From IMG/VR virus record IMGVR_UViG_2778261642_000006: a stretch of 42,980 bases of DNA, one strand, 5' to 3'. Shown piece after piece: positions 41,175 through 42,980 of this stretch. The stretch comes from a virus. Its lineage: Duplodnaviria > Heunggongvirae > Uroviricota > Caudoviricetes. The position numbers were made by a program, and so were the translations under genes. The notes beneath the pieces are model-generated. The model had not been told where the DNA came from, made no database searches, and worked only from the letters and a program-made list of their open reading frames with translations. Within the stretch, counting starts at the first letter, position 1; each line of letters starts with the position of its first letter.

Positions 41175-41264
41175 CTTGAGCGAAACGGGAAGGTAAAAAG
41201 ACAAAAAGTTGTTTTTAATACCTTTAAGTGATACCAGATGGCATTGCGCCATCTGGCAGAGTGA

Positions 41265-41741
41265 TTAACTAAACATCGCAGTAATCGAGGCACTCGCCAG
41301 AGAGTGAAAATGAACGTTAAACCCGACCATCGCGCCGCTGGCACCTTCATCGACATCAATACGTTCTACATCCAGCGCGTGAACGGTAAAAATGTAGCGA
41401 TGGGTTTCGCCTTTCGGCGGCGCTGCGCCATCGTACCCGGTTTTACCAAAGTCGGTACGCGTCTGCAAAACGCCGTCTGGCATAGCTACCAGACCAGAGC
41501 CAAACCCTTGCGGTAATACGCGGGTATCAGCGGGTAAATTAACAACTACCCAGTGCCACCAGCCGGAGCCGGTTGGCGCATCCGGGTCATAGCAGGTGAC
41601 AACAAAACTTTTCGTTCCCACAGGAACATCATCCCACGCCAGATGCGGTGAAATATTATCGCCATCGTAACCCATGCCGTTAAAGACATGACGATGCGGC
41701 AGCTTATCGCCATCGCGCAGATCGTTACTGATGAGTTTCAT
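41265..41741 (-). CDS. ybhB: Host PEBP/UPF0098-family protein YbhB-like
   Basis: 158 aa; PEBP-like motifs (…CYDPDAPTGSGWWHWVVVNLP…); recalled as the gene on the bio side of attB-lambda. Confidence 0.85.
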   Translation of the reverse strand: MKLISNDLRDGDKLPHRHVFNGMGYDGDNISPHLAWDDVPVGTKSFVVTCYDPDAPTGSGWWHWVVVNLPADTRVLPQGFGSGLVAMPDGVLQTRTDFGKTGYDGAAPPKGETHRYIFTVHALDVERIDVDEGASGAMVGFNVHFHSLASASITAMFS

Positions 41742-41849
41742 TAGAATGCCTCCGGGAAACCTCGGCCTTCAGACCGGGGAGGAAAGGAGGCGGTTTTCCG
41801 ACTAACTGTACTTTGCATAATCACATTTTCCTCTTTAGTATGTGAACAC

Positions 41850-42980
41850 ATGAAACGCGCATATAAATACCGGTTTTACCCGACAACTGAGCAGGCTGAG
41901 CTTTTAGCTCAGACGTTTGGCTGTGTGCGCTTCGTCTACAATTCCATCCTTCGTTGGCGTACCGATGCGTACTACGAGCGAAAAGAAAAGATCGGTTATC
42001 TACAGGCCAACGCTCGCCTTACGGCGCTCAAAAAAGAGCCTGAATACATATGGCTGAATGATGTTTCCTGCGTTCCCCTCCAGCAGTCGTTGCGCCACCA
42101 ACAAGCCGCCTTTGCTAACTTCTTTGCCGGACGAGCTGCATATCCGGCTTTCAAAAGCAAACGGCACAAACAGGTGGCTGAGTTCACTGCCAGCGCGTTT
42201 AAACACCGTGACGGCGAGTTGTATATAGCAAAGAGCAAGTCGCCGCTGGATGTTCGCTGGAGTCGAGAATTACCATCTGCGCCGTCAACCGTTACCATTT
42301 CCAGAGATAGCGCTGGCAGGTACTTTGTTTCCTGCCTGTGTGAGTTTGAACCTGTATCAATGCCTGTTACCGCTAAAACGGTCGGCATTGATGTGGGCTT
42401 AAAAGATTTATTCGTCACCGATACCGGATTCAAAACCGACAATCCCCGCCACACCGCTAAATATGCGAAGCGATTAACGCTGCTACAGCGACGTTTAAGC
42501 AGGAAGCAAAAAGGCTCAAGAAACCGTATTAAAGCCCGCTTAAAGGTCGCCCGACTCCACGCGAAAATCGCCGATTGCCGGATGGACAATCTGCACAAGT
42601 TGTCCCGCAAACTGATTAACGAAAACCAAGTTGTTTGCGTCGAATCCCTCAAGGTGAAAAACATGATCCGCAACCCGAAGCTGTCTAAAGCAATAGCTGA
42701 CGCAGGCTGGAGCGAACTTGTTCGCCAGCTCCAGTACAAAGGCAAATGGGCCGGGCGGTCAGTGGTCGCCATTGACCAGTATTTACCGTCCTCAAAATGC
42801 TGTAGTTGCTGCGGTTTCACCATGCAAAAAATGCCTCTTAATGTTCGTAAATGGCACTGCCCTGAATGCGGCGCAGACCATGATCGCGACATTAACGCGG
42901 CACGTAATATTAAAGCTGCCGGGCTGGCAGTGTTAGCCCACGGAGAGCCTGTAAACCCTGAATCGCAGCACGCGGCTTAG
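41850..42980 (+). CDS. tnpB: IS200/IS605-family TnpB (OrfB) RuvC-like nuclease
   Basis: 376 aa; N-terminus MKRAYKYRFYPTTEQ; RuvC-like motifs (GIDVGLKDLFV, …DHDRDINAARNI) and zinc finger (CCSCCG…CPECG); stop codon is the last 3 nt of the window. Confidence 0.85.
   Translation: MKRAYKYRFYPTTEQAELLAQTFGCVRFVYNSILRWRTDAYYERKEKIGYLQANARLTALKKEPEYIWLNDVSCVPLQQSLRHQQAAFANFFAGRAAYPAFKSKRHKQVAEFTASAFKHRDGELYIAKSKSPLDVRWSRELPSAPSTVTISRDSAGRYFVSCLCEFEPVSMPVTAKTVGIDVGLKDLFVTDTGFKTDNPRHTAKYAKRLTLLQRRLSRKQKGSRNRIKARLKVARLHAKIADCRMDNLHKLSRKLINENQVVCVESLKVKNMIRNPKLSKAIADAGWSELVRQLQYKGKWAGRSVVAIDQYLPSSKCCSCCGFTMQKMPLNVRKWHCPECGADHDRDINAARNIKAAGLAVLAHGEPVNPESQHAA

Noticed and set aside
41996-42892. 298-aa minus-strand ORF
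   Set aside because: Antisense to tnpB, which has clear RuvC-like and zinc-finger motifs on the plus strand.

Overview
The window is an E. coli-type chromosomal segment carrying a complete-looking ~39.8 kb mosaic lambdoid prophage integrated at the lambda attachment site, between host ybhC (1..1284, -) and ybhB (41265..41741, -), with an IS200/IS605-family tnpB beyond ybhB. The prophage is bounded by 15-bp GCTTTTTTATACTAA cores (attL ~1331..1345, attR ~41160..41174). It combines lambda-like int/xis, nin genes and S/R/Rz/Rz1 lysis genes with a non-lambda immunity region, a Rad52-family recombination module, O-like initiator plus DnaB-like helicase, and P22/Sf6-like morphogenesis genes ending in a tailspike. 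Most striking points: (1) the large terminase is interrupted by an in-frame TAA, so the prophage may be packaging-defective; (2) no N-like protein is recognisable, the first pL gene is an unknown 147-aa protein, and a ~60-nt element is conserved in both early leaders, suggesting RNA-based (put-like) or non-canonical antitermination; (3) an opposite-strand zinc-ribbon gene sits between cIII and that gene; (4) a three-gene accessory island (membrane protein, HEXXH protein, YjzC-like protein) sits at the P22 sieA position beside an immI remnant (mnt and operator, no arc/ant); (5) an HNH-AP2 endonuclease appears inserted into the 5' end of ninG, with a paralogue after tR'; (6) a possible DUF2829 (Tad2-like) protein follows the lysis cassette. 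All homology calls rest on recalled sequences and motifs, not database searches. Coordinates taken from the ORF track are exact; hand-counted ones (att cores, tRNAs, hairpins, operators, re-assigned starts) may be off by 1-2 nt.
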